From the NCBI GenBank assembly GCA_965222955.1, contig OZ244974.1, positions 1,536,226 to 1,600,225 of the forward strand: a DNA stretch of 64,000 nt, given 5' to 3'. This DNA comes from Hyphomicrobiales bacterium (GTDB lineage Bacteria > Pseudomonadota > Alphaproteobacteria > Rhizobiales > CBDCVD01). Positions 1 through 9,480 of this stretch are shown piece after piece. The notes under the pieces were generated by a model, which was given only the letters and a program-made list of their open reading frames with translations, searched no databases and was not told where the DNA came from. Position numbers and translations under genes: made by a program. The first letter of the stretch is position 1. Every line of letters begins with the position of its first letter.

Positions 1-267
1 ATTGGGATACAGGCCATAGGACTGAAAGACCATCGCCACGTCACGGTCCTTCGGATCGAGATCGTTGACAACCCGATCGCCAATGAGAATCTCGCCCTCG
101 CTGACGTCCTCAAGACCGGCCACCATGCGCATCGTTGTCGTCTTGCCGCAGCCCGATGGCCCCAGTAAAACCAGAAATTCCCGATCCGCTATTTCAAGAT
201 TGGCGTTGTCGACGCCGACAAAGCTACCCCAGCGCTTGGTAACGCCGCGCAGTGCAATTTCAACCAT
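1..267 (-). CDS. ABC transporter ATP-binding protein, N-terminal part (gene runs off the left edge)
   Basis: Hand translation of the minus strand from the ATG at 267 gives [53 protein letters not shown]...[13 protein letters not shown]. It has Walker A GPSGCGKT and looks MalK/UgpC-like. It is absent from the ORF track because it is truncated by the window. Confidence 0.8.
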   Translation of the reverse strand, partial: MVEIALRGVTKRWGSFVGVDNANLEIADREFLVLLGPSGCGKTTTMRMVAGLEDVSEGEILIGDRVVNDLDPKDRDVAMVFQSYGLYPN

Positions 268-412
268 CAGTCCCTCCCCGATGCGATCGGCCTCGTGGCG
301 GCCGGCTTCGATGTGAGGGGCCGCCAATGCACCTTGCTTGCGGTAGTCCGGCGCCGCCACTGGTCTGGCGGAGCACATCCCGGGCGCGATCCTGGTAGAT
401 ATTGACAAAAAA

Positions 413-426
413 TGAATACGTATTCA
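413..426. promoter_or_regulatory. Perfect 14-bp palindrome TGAATACGTATTCA in the divergent intergenic region; candidate LacI-type operator
   Basis: The palindrome is read directly. It follows the TG-AA-NCGN-TT-CA shape typical of LacI-family operators. It sits just after a TTGACA hexamer (402-407), between the sugar-type ABC ATPase and the next gene. Confidence 0.35.
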
Positions 427-450
427 AGATAAATCTGCGATGGCCGGTTC

Positions 451-1572
451 TTGCAACCTCACGTCCGACCCCCGTCGGTGAAACCGGGTGATCGCCGCCC
501 CCTGGCAATAACGGAGAATGCAACAGTCGTGGCCGATCAAAACCTTCATCTCGATAACAAGAAGCGGCTCTTTGGCGCACTCGGCAAACTGGCCGGCGCA
601 ACGCCGGGAACCCTCATGAGCCGCCTTTCGGCCATCTACGCCAGGACCGCCGCGTGGCGTGGATCGCACCCCCTGAATGAATTGCATGGCATTGATGCGC
701 TTGCCGAGATTGTCTGGCGGCCGTTGCTGCGGGCCTGCCCGGATTTGGAACGGCGCGATCTGATCTTCGTCGCCGGACACTACGCGGGACGTGATTATGT
801 GGCCGCCATGGGCCATTATTGCGGTACATTCGAACGAGGCTGGCTGAACATTCCGCCCAGCGCCCAGGCGCTGTATATCCGCTACGGCGAAGTCCATCAG
901 GTAGCAGACGGACAGATCGTGCAAAGCACCTGCCTGTGGGACATTCTCGATGTGATCCGCCAGGCGGGGTTCTGGCCCATTGCGCCGAGCCTGGGGGCGG
1001 AAGGCCTGTGGCCGGGGCCGATCAGCGGTGACGGGATTGTTCTGCGCCCTACCGATGCGCGGGAATCGGCACGTAACATACAAGCCACCCTCGCCATGCA
1101 CAAAGCCCTGGCGGATTATGACGATCACAAGGACCTGAGCCGCGACAGTCTTCTGCGCATGCCGCAAAAGACCCATTGGCACAGGAAAATGATGTGGTAC
1201 GGTCCCAGCGGCATCGGCACGACGCGCGGCCTGCGCGGTTTTGTCGACTATCACCAGCTTCCCTTTCGTATTGCCTTTCCCAATCGCCAGGGCGGCGCCC
1301 AGATCACCGATCCGGCGCAAGGCGGGCACTATATTCGCATCGGTGATGGTGCTTACTCGGTGACTGGCGGGTGGCCCAGCGTGCGGGCGCGCCATTTGGG
1401 GGGCGGCTTCCTCGGCACCTCGCCCACGGGTCGCGAGGTTACCATGCGGGTGATGGACTTCTACCACCATCACGAGGGACGAATCCGCGAAAACTGGGTG
1501 CCTCTCGATATTATCGATCTGCTGCGGCAAATGGATATCGACGTTTTTGATCGCCTGGCACGTCAGGTGTGA
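451..1572 (+). CDS. Tandem SnoaL/NTF2-like (ester-cyclase-like) domain protein
   Basis: The ORF is 373 aa. The C-terminal half ends ...GTSPTGREVTMRVMDFYHHHEGRIRENWVPLDIIDLLRQMDIDVF, a typical SnoaL-like pattern. An N-terminal half carries the same motif logic (NIPPSAQALYIRYGEVHQVADGQIV...WDILDVIRQAGF). The true start is uncertain. Confidence 0.55.
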   Translation: MQPHVRPPSVKPGDRRPLAITENATVVADQNLHLDNKKRLFGALGKLAGATPGTLMSRLSAIYARTAAWRGSHPLNELHGIDALAEIVWRPLLRACPDLERRDLIFVAGHYAGRDYVAAMGHYCGTFERGWLNIPPSAQALYIRYGEVHQVADGQIVQSTCLWDILDVIRQAGFWPIAPSLGAEGLWPGPISGDGIVLRPTDARESARNIQATLAMHKALADYDDHKDLSRDSLLRMPQKTHWHRKMMWYGPSGIGTTRGLRGFVDYHQLPFRIAFPNRQGGAQITDPAQGGHYIRIGDGAYSVTGGWPSVRARHLGGGFLGTSPTGREVTMRVMDFYHHHEGRIRENWVPLDIIDLLRQMDIDVFDRLARQV

Positions 1573-1647
1573 TCTTTTCGCCGGTGGTGTCCGCGGCGGC
1601 AAAACCCGAAGGTATCCCTCTTGCGGCCCGGCGGACCGATACCAGGC

Positions 1648-1700
1648 TGATCATGAAGAAAAGTGCCTCGCTCCGCTTGCGTGTACTTTTCCCATTCAAC
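1648..1700. repeat. Family I palindromic mini-element (copy 1 of 3)
   Basis: The sequence is tgatcatgaagaaaagtgcctcgctccgcttgcgtgtacttttc... The same ~54-bp unit occurs at 29413-29466 and 55718-55771. Confidence 0.6.
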
Positions 1701-2602
1701 TACACAGTGTGCGGCGCCTTTTTACCCATCACTTCAAGCAATCCGGCACAGGCGATACATATGGCTCCAAGCAGTTCGCGCAATCCAAACGGCTCGCCGC
1801 TCACCAGCGCCGCCGAAATAACGCCGACAACCACCTCGCTCATAAGCAACAGCCCAACGCGCGCCGGCGAGAGCACCGTCGCCGGCCAGATGGTCAGAAC
1901 GATCATCGGCAGACCAAAAGCGGCGGTAAACAGCAGGATCGGCAAAAGGCGCGTCAGGGGCGGCCAGGGTGAGGGTGCCTCGGCGAACGCGCCGCCAAAG
2001 GCAATGGCGATCATCGATACAAAAACCACACCAAAGGAAAATACCGCCACCTGCTCCACAATATCCGTCTGACCGCTGCGGTAAAGGCAAAATGTGCCAT
2101 ACGCCCAGGCAACGCCGGCGAGAAAGGCGAGCACATCGCCGGTGTTGCGCGGCCAGGGAAACTGCACCCCGGCGCCGAGGATGATCAAAAGGCCGCAAAA
2201 GCCCAGCGCCAGCGCCATAACGCGCGAAAGTGTAAGCCGTTCACCAAGAAAGCACAGGCCAAGAAGGGTGCTCCATACCGGCGTCATGTAAAAGAGCAGG
2301 ATCACCCGCACCACATCGGTCATGAACAGGCTGACGGCATAAAGCGAGAAGGCCGCTCCGGTGCAAAGCCCGCACCACGCCAGGGTCCACCAGCGAGCGT
2401 CAAAACGGCTGCCGCGCGCAATCAGCGCTACCAGCAACACAACGGCAATTACGGAAAACACCAGCATTCCCGGCCAGGCGCCTTTAAGGCCCGTATTGCC
2501 AATGGCGCGCAAGGGGATCCAGAACAGTCCCCACATGGCGCCGCCGATGACCAGCGCACCGCTGGCCATGGAAGAGTTGCGCATCGAAAAGTTCATCGCC
2601 AT
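1700..2602 (-). CDS. EamA/DMT-family transporter
   Basis: The ORF track gives 1700..2749. I trimmed the start to the internal MAMNFSMRNSS (ATG at 2602) so it clears the neighbouring permease. The protein is polytopic and hydrophobic with two EamA-like halves. Confidence 0.7.
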   Translation of the reverse strand: MAMNFSMRNSSMASGALVIGGAMWGLFWIPLRAIGNTGLKGAWPGMLVFSVIAVVLLVALIARGSRFDARWWTLAWCGLCTGAAFSLYAVSLFMTDVVRVILLFYMTPVWSTLLGLCFLGERLTLSRVMALALGFCGLLIILGAGVQFPWPRNTGDVLAFLAGVAWAYGTFCLYRSGQTDIVEQVAVFSFGVVFVSMIAIAFGGAFAEAPSPWPPLTRLLPILLFTAAFGLPMIVLTIWPATVLSPARVGLLLMSEVVVGVISAALVSGEPFGLRELLGAICIACAGLLEVMGKKAPHTV

Positions 2603-2633
2603 CCCCCGCCATCCCGCCCCTACACCGCTGGTA

Positions 2634-4700
2634 TCAGGGCTCCAGCCCCAGGGCGCGGCGCTGTTCTCGGGCAAACCCCTGCACCAGGCGATCCGCCACA
2701 AGCGCCAATATGGCCATCGCCGCACCCGCCGCCAGGCCCAGGCCGACATCGGCCTGTCCCAGCGCCAGAAAAATAGATTGTCCCAGACCCGTCGTGCCGA
2801 TCAGGGCGGCAATAACCAGCATCGCAAAGGCATACAGAATGGTTTGATTCAAGCCAAGAAGGATTGTCGGCAGGGCGTAGGGAATGCGTATCTCGCGCAT
2901 GATCTGCCAGGGCGCTGCGCCACAGGCGACCGCCGCCTCCATTAACGTATCAGGCGTGTTGATCAGACCATGGCGCGTATAGCGTATCATGGGTACGATC
3001 GCATAGGCGATAATGGCGAGAAAGGCGGAAAATTCACCGATCTGGAAAAACATCAAAATCGGGATCAGAAACACAAAAAGGGGAATGGTTTGCAGCATGT
3101 CGCACACCGGACGGATAACCCGCCACGCCGTTGCATTGAGCGCACAGAGCAGACCAAACAATCCCCCCAGAACCGCACAGGCGAAAACAGCCGCACCGCA
3201 CAGATAAAGGGACAACAACGCGCGATCCCATAACCCCATCAGGCCGACGGCAATGAGCAGGGCAACGCACAAAAGGGCAAGGCGCCGGCCGCCGGACGCC
3301 CAGCCGATACTGCCAATGCCGATCAAAACGAACGGCCAGGGTAACTGCGATACGCCCGTATGAACGATCCCGGCAAGGATGATCACAACAATGCCCGTGA
3401 CAGCGCTTGAGCGTCTGCCCAGCCACACGCCCGCCAACACGGCGGCGGCCATGAAGGCCGCGGTCATCGTGAGAGTCCAGTCGAAGCCCCAGGTGAAGGT
3501 GAGTACCGCATCATCAAGACCGATACGCAAGGGCAGCAGGAAATAAAACATGGCGCTGTTCTTGATCTGATCAAGGGCGGCGCCGTTTTTCGCTGTAAAC
3601 GCCCCCAGGGCCGTATCGACGCTCTGCGCCATTGAGGCAAAAAATTCATGTGCCGCAGTGGGTTGCACGTTCCAGTTCAAAAGCGCCGCAATAGCCGACA
3701 AGGCGATCAGAACCAGTAAAACGCGCCGGTCACGGGTTTTTCGCGGGCGCGCCAGGGCGGCGCTCATGCGATCGATCACCACCGCAAAGACAACGATCAC
3801 CAGCCCGGCCAGAAACGCCTGGCCGAATTGCGCCTTGCGCATGGTCAGCAGAACCTCCCAGCCGATATCGTTGAACCCGCCAATGACCGCCGCGATGATA
3901 ACCATGGAAAGCGCCGCCATCAGACACTGGTTGACACCGACCATGATCTGTTGCCCGGCGGTGGGGATTTCCACCAGGAACAATTGTTGCAGGCGCGTCC
4001 CGCCGCTCATGATGGCGGCTTCGCGCACTTCTCCATCCACCCGCTCAAGCGCCAGGATGACATTGCGCGCCATGGGCGGCGCCGCAAAGATAGCCGATGC
4101 GATAAGCCCCACCACGGGGCCGAACCCGAACAACGCCAGCAGCGGCGTCAGATAGGCGAAGGTGGGAATGGTCTGCATGATATCGAGAACGGTCTGAATG
4201 GCGCCCCTGGTCCGGGGAAATTCGTTGGCAAGGAGCGCCACACCGCCGCCGCTCAGAAGCGCCAGGGGCACCGAGACGGCCACAAGCGCCAGGGTATTCA
4301 TACTCTGCGGCCAATAGCCCGAGGCCAGGACAAAGCCGAAGCCAAGGGCTCCCAGCGCCGCCATGCGCAGACCGCCGATGTGCCAGCCCAGGGCGGTCAC
4401 CAGCCCGATGGTCAGCGGCCAGGGGGTGTTTACAAGCGCGCTGCGTGTCCATTCCATAGGATAGCCAAGAACGAACGCAACCAGGCGGCCGACAGGTTTG
4501 AGCGTCTCGATCACGGCAGTGGCGCCGGCGCCGACCCAGGCGGTAACTGGCAGTGTCCATGCCATGGGCCACTGCACAAGCCACGGCAACCAGGGGGCAA
4601 GGAGGAGGCACAATACGCCGCTGGCAAGGGTTATCAGCGCCAGCCAGGTTCCGGCAGAAACATGAAAGGAACGGTGTTCCACCGCGCTATCGCCCATCAA
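2634..4700 (-). CDS. Fused double ABC permease, glycine betaine/proline (ProW/OpuAB) type
   Basis: The protein is 688 aa with two permease cores (…IPTFAYLTPLLALFGFGPVVGLIA… and …IPLFVFLIPILMFFQIGEFSAFLAI…). It overlaps the ATPase stop by 14 nt. Confidence 0.8.
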   Translation of the reverse strand: MMGDSAVEHRSFHVSAGTWLALITLASGVLCLLLAPWLPWLVQWPMAWTLPVTAWVGAGATAVIETLKPVGRLVAFVLGYPMEWTRSALVNTPWPLTIGLVTALGWHIGGLRMAALGALGFGFVLASGYWPQSMNTLALVAVSVPLALLSGGGVALLANEFPRTRGAIQTVLDIMQTIPTFAYLTPLLALFGFGPVVGLIASAIFAAPPMARNVILALERVDGEVREAAIMSGGTRLQQLFLVEIPTAGQQIMVGVNQCLMAALSMVIIAAVIGGFNDIGWEVLLTMRKAQFGQAFLAGLVIVVFAVVIDRMSAALARPRKTRDRRVLLVLIALSAIAALLNWNVQPTAAHEFFASMAQSVDTALGAFTAKNGAALDQIKNSAMFYFLLPLRIGLDDAVLTFTWGFDWTLTMTAAFMAAAVLAGVWLGRRSSAVTGIVVIILAGIVHTGVSQLPWPFVLIGIGSIGWASGGRRLALLCVALLIAVGLMGLWDRALLSLYLCGAAVFACAVLGGLFGLLCALNATAWRVIRPVCDMLQTIPLFVFLIPILMFFQIGEFSAFLAIIAYAIVPMIRYTRHGLINTPDTLMEAAVACGAAPWQIMREIRIPYALPTILLGLNQTILYAFAMLVIAALIGTTGLGQSIFLALGQADVGLGLAAGAAMAILALVADRLVQGFAREQRRALGLEP

Positions 4701-5823
4701 CCTGTAACGCCGCCGCCAGATCGCTGGGCGCTACCATGCCAATGACGACGCCCTGCCCATCGACGACGGGAACCGGCGCGGTACTCTCGATACACGTGGC
4801 CAGGGCCTCATCAAGGGTCATGCGGGCGCGCAGAACGGCGCCATGACCGGTGTTTCGCACCAGCGTGGTATCGGTTTTCATGACGGAACTTACCCGCGCA
4901 TGGCGCCCTCTGGCCACGTCGCGGGAGAACTCGCGCACATAGGCATCAACAGGATTGAGAACGATCTGCGCCGGTGTGCCGATCTGGATGATTTCCCCAT
5001 CGCGCATGATCGCAATCCGGTCCGCAAGTTTAAGCGCCTCGGCAATGTCATGGGTGATAAACACGATGGATTTCTTAAGGCGTTTCTGGATGTCGAGAAA
5101 CTCGTCCTGCAATTGCCGCCTGATAAGCGGATCAAGAGCCGAGAACGGCTCGTCAAGAAACCAGATCTGCGGATCGGCCGCCAGGCTGCGGGCGATTCCC
5201 ACCCGTTGGCGCTGGCCGCCGGAGAGCTCGCGCGGATACGCCGCCTCGCGCCCCTCAAGGCCCACCAGGCGGATGACCTCAAGGGCGCGCGCGCGGCATT
5301 CACGTCGTTCGCGCCCCTGCATTTTCAGGGGAAACGCCACATTGTCCGCAACACACATATGGGGAAACAGGCCAAAGTGCTGGAACACCATGCCAAGGGT
5401 GGTACGGCGCAACTCGATCAGCCGCTTTGCGCTGGCGGCCAGGACGTCTTCGCCGTTGATGGCAATGGAGCCGGCCGAGCTTTCCATCAAGCGCGAAAGG
5501 CACCGTACCAGGGTCGATTTGCCCGAGCCGGACAGCCCCATGATAACGAAGATCTCAACGCGGCCCACCGAAAAGGTGGCATCGCAAACCGCCGGAATGG
5601 AGCCGGCCCGGCGAAGCGATGCGGCGGCCTGCTGTCGATCGCCCTGACACGCCTGCAATGCCGCCTTTGTGGCGGCCGGGGCGTTGTCGCCGAAAACCTT
5701 CCACAGCCCCCTGCAGGCAATAGCCGGACTGGCAATATCCGAAGTGGCGGCGGGATCGGGATCGTTCACTGCGTTGCAGCATCCACAACCGGCTTCCAGA
5801 CCGCTTCGTTGTCGGCCATCCAC
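4687..5823 (-). CDS. Glycine betaine/proline-type ABC ATPase (ProV-like) with C-terminal CBS pair
   Basis: It has Walker A GLSGSGKST, signature LSGGQRQRV and Walker B IWFLDEPFSALD, plus a CBS-like tail. A GTG at 5769, overlapping the upstream stop as GTGA, is an equally plausible start. Confidence 0.85.
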   Translation of the reverse strand: MDGRQRSGLEAGCGCCNAVNDPDPAATSDIASPAIACRGLWKVFGDNAPAATKAALQACQGDRQQAAASLRRAGSIPAVCDATFSVGRVEIFVIMGLSGSGKSTLVRCLSRLMESSAGSIAINGEDVLAASAKRLIELRRTTLGMVFQHFGLFPHMCVADNVAFPLKMQGRERRECRARALEVIRLVGLEGREAAYPRELSGGQRQRVGIARSLAADPQIWFLDEPFSALDPLIRRQLQDEFLDIQKRLKKSIVFITHDIAEALKLADRIAIMRDGEIIQIGTPAQIVLNPVDAYVREFSRDVARGRHARVSSVMKTDTTLVRNTGHGAVLRARMTLDEALATCIESTAPVPVVDGQGVVIGMVAPSDLAAALQVDGR

Positions 5824-6716
5824 GCCGCCACAACGTCCTCGACCTTCTTGCCGTCGACATCCACCGCCCCCATGAGGGGCTGCTGTTGTGCTGTGGACAA
5901 GCGGAAACGGGTCAGGATTTCATGCGCCGCGGGCCACTTCTTTTGCAGACCGGGCCATGCCGCCTTGAAAATGCGTGACGGGGCAAAATCGCAATCATTG
6001 ATCGCATCGGGGTTTGAACCCCAGGCGGGGTCCTCATAGCAGGCCGGCTCGCCGGGCGGCAGGGTGACAAACTGCAAGTCAAACGCCGCCATCGCCCAAT
6101 GGGGTTGCCAGAAAACCACCAAAAGCGGGCTTTTCTTTTCCGTCGCGGCGCGAATTTCGGTAATCAGCGCGCCCTCGGAGCCCGCCGGAACCGCCTTGAA
6201 CGGCAACTTCAGACCCGCGATCCTGTCCGCTCCCGGCGTGCCCCAGTCGGCCGGATAATCCAGCAGGCGGCCCGCCGGCAGGGTTTCCGCCGTCGCAAAC
6301 GTTGCCGCGCAACCCTTCAGCGCCTCCCATTGGGGAAGCCCCGGACACAACGCCGCCACATGGGCCGGATAGGCAAACCCCTCGCGCGCCTCCAGGCCCA
6401 GATCGGACAGTTCCTCCAGCTTGCCCGCCGCCTTTAGCTTGCCGTACTGATCGGAGACATTGGAGCTCCAGATTTCCACCGCCGCATGCAGATCTCCATC
6501 GGCCATGGCCTGGTACATGTTCATATAGCCAGCGGTCGTATATTCAACCTTGTAGCCGGCCGCCTTTAGCATCTCGCCGGCGATATGGGTCGTGACATGC
6601 TGCCCCGTCCATTCATTGATCGCCAGTTTGATCGGCTCATCGACGGCGCCCATGTCGGCCGCTTGCGCGTGACTGAACACGGCCAGAAACGCCGTTCCAA
6701 GTAAAAGTTTTTTCAT
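5766..6716 (-). CDS. Glycine betaine/choline-type ABC substrate-binding protein (OpuAC family)
   Basis: The ORF track gives 5766..7061. I trimmed the start to MKKLLLGTAFLAVFSHAQA (signal peptide, ATG at 6716). The upstream 115 codons run through a MITE. Confidence 0.8.
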   Translation of the reverse strand: MKKLLLGTAFLAVFSHAQAADMGAVDEPIKLAINEWTGQHVTTHIAGEMLKAAGYKVEYTTAGYMNMYQAMADGDLHAAVEIWSSNVSDQYGKLKAAGKLEELSDLGLEAREGFAYPAHVAALCPGLPQWEALKGCAATFATAETLPAGRLLDYPADWGTPGADRIAGLKLPFKAVPAGSEGALITEIRAATEKKSPLLVVFWQPHWAMAAFDLQFVTLPPGEPACYEDPAWGSNPDAINDCDFAPSRIFKAAWPGLQKKWPAAHEILTRFRLSTAQQQPLMGAVDVDGKKVEDVVAAWMADNEAVWKPVVDAATQ

Positions 6717-6980
6717 TGGCGAGTTCCTTTTCTTGCGCCTTACCTGGCGTCGTGATCGAAAACGGGAAGCTGGAGCCCTTTTGCTTTTTCGGCCATTGCA
6801 CGGTATCCGCTTCATCATATATTGTGGCGAATTGCGGCTGTCTGCGTATGCCACCGGAACGAACCCTGCATTCGAGCGCTGGATTTCAAACCGCAACCGT
6901 TTATGCAAATATGCCCCGTACAGCGATCTTTGTCGAGTCCCGCAGGGGATCGGGAGAACCGGGGAAACACTTGTGGCTAG

Positions 6981-7764
6981 ATGTGATCTTTCAGCGGGTT
7001 GTTCCCGGGACGGGCAAACCTGAAGGTACATCTCTTGCGCCCTTGCCCCCAGGGAGGCCATACCGGGCCGTCCATCTGATCATCGCTTCTTTTCGATTTT
7101 TCCAGCGTTGTCAAGGGTTTAAGAACCGCCAGAGGCGGCGCGAAACGCCCTTGACAACGCTAGCGGTTCGGTTCCAACATTTGCTTTTTTTACCGCACAC
7201 TTGCATGCAAACGTTGCAATCAAAGAACCACTGGCAGCAATAACATTCCGGTGGAACTTTGAATTTGACATTTGAGAACGGGCCCGGCAACAAACGGGGC
7301 TCAAATGTCAAATTCGTTCCACTAGTGCGTCGGGCGTTTAAATTGCACCAATAACCCCGGTTATGGATAAGGACCTTTTTCTCATGCTTTATCGGTTCCT
7401 TCTCATCGAGCCGGACGTTCCGGTGTAAAGGCGGATCCAGCCATTTATCTGATCATTGCTTTTTTCCGGCGGCTCCCGCGGAGTGTCAAGGGTTTAGGAA
7501 CCGCTGGAAGCGGCGCGAAGCGCCCTTGACACACCGCAGCCGCCGGTTATGGCTTATGGTCAGATAAATGGCTTCACAGGCTGAAAAAGGATAGCGAGAC
7601 CACTTTCCAGGGCCCCATTTTAAGCTTTCTCTTATCCGGAACCGGGGTTATTGTTGCAACTTAAACGCCCGACGCTCTAGTGAAATCGAACACCTCCAAT
7701 GATCAGATGAATGGCCAGCAGCACCCGATAGGTTTACCAGGGACAACCTGTTGAAATTGCACAG
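6981..7764. mobile_element. Family C MITE carrying nested D, K-like and J elements (composite, ~780 bp)
   Basis: The left end is atgtgatctttcagcgggttgttcccggg and the right end is ccagggacaacctgttgaaattgcaca; these are inverted. The uninterrupted relative at 32371-32640 is 270 bp. The extra ~500 bp consists of other repeat families. Confidence 0.65.
7322..7680. mobile_element. Family J MITE nested inside D, which is nested inside C
   Basis: The TIRs are ctagtgcgtcgggcgtttaaattgcaccaataaccccgg and ccggggttattgttgcaacttaaacgcccgacgctctag. The element contains its own D-like hairpin (gtgtcaagggtttaggaaccgctggaagcggcgcgaagcgcccttgacac). A partial second copy lies at 60975-61080. Confidence 0.6.
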
Positions 7765-7935
7765 CTGGAGCATAATCTTAAAACAAGCGTGGCTCCACTC
7801 GCAAATCGAGAAACAGAATGGTTCTGTTAAGACATGATACGTTCTGAATGTCCGTTACAGGGAATTGCGTTCCGGCCGATCGTGCGGCGGACAGGTGATA
7901 CACAGTTCTTGCTTTCAGGAAGAGGCAACAGATAA

Positions 7936-9480
7936 ATGACACAACGGCCGAACATCGTGATCATCATGGCGGATCAGTTGGCGCCGCAGTTTACCGGCGC
8001 CTATGGGCACCCGCTTGTCAAAACGCCGCATATGGACGCGATTGCTGCGCGCGGTATGCGCTTTGATGCGGCCTATTGCAATGCGCCGCTTTGTGCACCG
8101 TCGCGTTTTTCGTTCATGTCGGGGCAGTTGGTGACGCGCATCGCCGCCTATGACAACGCCAGTGAATTTCCTGCATCTGTTCCCACATTTGCCCATTATC
8201 TGCGCCAGATGGGGTATCGCACGTGCCTGTCGGGGAAAATGCACTTTGTCGGTCCCGACCAGTTGCACGGCTTTGAGGAACGCCTTACGACCGATGTCTA
8301 TCCTGTCGATCACGCCTGGACCCCCGATTGGGAAGCGCCGGATGAACGGATCGACAAATGGTACCACAATATGGATTCGGTGCGCGAGGCCGGCGTCACG
8401 GCGACAACATTTCAAATCGAATACGATGAGGAAACCTGCTTTTTCGCCCGCCGCCGCATTTTCGAATACGCCATGCATCGCATTACCCCGTTCGCCATGG
8501 TCGTCGGCTTTATCCACCCCCATGATCCGTATGTGGCGCGGCCCGAATGGTGGGATCTGTACGATCACAATGACATCGACATGCCGCAGACCGGCCCTGC
8601 CGATGACCCGCATACCCGCCGCCTGATGCGCGGCATCGAAGCCGATACGGTCAGCGTTACCGCCGAACAGGTGCGCAATGCGCGTCATGCGTATTATGCC
8701 AATGTGAGCTATTTCGACAGCAAGATCGGTGTGATCGTGCAAGCCCTCAGGGAAGCCGGACAACTGGACAACACCATCGTTATGGTGACCTCGGATCACG
8801 GCGACATGCTGGGCGAGCGCGGTCTTTGGTACAAGATGAACCTGTTTGAACACGCCGCCCGTATCCCGCTCGTTATGGCGGGTCCGCAGGTTGCCCGCGG
8901 CCAGGTTGCGGCGCCGGTTTCTCTGGTTGACATCCTGCCCACCCTGACCGCGATCGCACAGGACGAGGCGCATCCCGAACCCCCAAGAGGCATGCCCCTG
9001 GATGGACGCTCGTTGTGGCCATTGGCCAGGGGTGAAAGCACGAACGAGGAAAGCGACAATGCTGTAGCGATGGCGGAATATTGCGCTGAATGCGTCGGGC
9101 ATCCGCTTTTCATGATCCGCCGCGGGCGCCTGAAATACATCCACTGCGAGGTCGATCCGCCGCAGTTGTTCGATGTGATTGCCGATCCCCTGGAGCGTAA
9201 CAATCTTGCCGCGCATCCTGATTATCGCGAGCAGGGGGCGGCATTCGCGGCCGAGGCGGCGCGGCGCTGGAACAGTGAGGCCATCCGCCGCGATGTGATT
9301 GCCACGCAAAAACAAAGGCGCGCAGTACACGCAGCGATGGAGGCGGGCCTGCTCACCTCCTGGGATTACCAGCCTAAGCGCGATGCAACCAATGAATACG
9401 TGCGCAATCATATGGACTGGACGGTTGTTGCGGAAAAGACTCGCTTTCCCCCCTTTGGCAAGTCGAAAGAGGATGCCTGA
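7936..9480 (+). CDS. betC: Choline-sulfatase
   Basis: The N-terminus is MTQRPNIVIIMADQL...APLCAPSRFSFMSGQ, containing the sulfatase C-x-P-x-R motif. The protein is 514 aa and sits next to a betaine/choline-type ABC system. Confidence 0.85.
   Translation: MTQRPNIVIIMADQLAPQFTGAYGHPLVKTPHMDAIAARGMRFDAAYCNAPLCAPSRFSFMSGQLVTRIAAYDNASEFPASVPTFAHYLRQMGYRTCLSGKMHFVGPDQLHGFEERLTTDVYPVDHAWTPDWEAPDERIDKWYHNMDSVREAGVTATTFQIEYDEETCFFARRRIFEYAMHRITPFAMVVGFIHPHDPYVARPEWWDLYDHNDIDMPQTGPADDPHTRRLMRGIEADTVSVTAEQVRNARHAYYANVSYFDSKIGVIVQALREAGQLDNTIVMVTSDHGDMLGERGLWYKMNLFEHAARIPLVMAGPQVARGQVAAPVSLVDILPTLTAIAQDEAHPEPPRGMPLDGRSLWPLARGESTNEESDNAVAMAEYCAECVGHPLFMIRRGRLKYIHCEVDPPQLFDVIADPLERNNLAAHPDYREQGAAFAAEAARRWNSEAIRRDVIATQKQRRAVHAAMEAGLLTSWDYQPKRDATNEYVRNHMDWTVVAEKTRFPPFGKSKEDA

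Noticed and set aside
424-1602. Long antisense or alternative-frame ORFs opposite real genes. Examples are 424-1602(-), 4843-6039(+), 7915-9660(-), 20155-21498(+), 39092-40222(-), 57122-60598(+) and 58917-61007(+).
   Set aside because: They have a typical high-GC shadow-ORF composition (Arg/Ala/Pro/Gly-rich) and no recognisable motifs. Each overlaps a gene with clear family signatures on the other strand.
6717-6975. The ~260-nt unique leader upstream of the betaine-type ABC operon as a riboswitch or BetI operator.
   Set aside because: I could not recognise any known riboswitch core or a convincing palindromic operator. Only a central AGCGCT is present, without matching arms.
5766-7061. N-terminal extensions in the ORF track for the binding protein (to 7061), trkH (to 26189), metZ (to 27753), radA (to 30908), sspB, lysE and others.
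   Set aside because: The extensions run through MITE sequence. The same pseudo-peptide, e.g. TRWVFR[EG]QPAERS, recurs upstream of unrelated genes. Internal Met codons with RBS-like sequences give proteins with normal N-termini.
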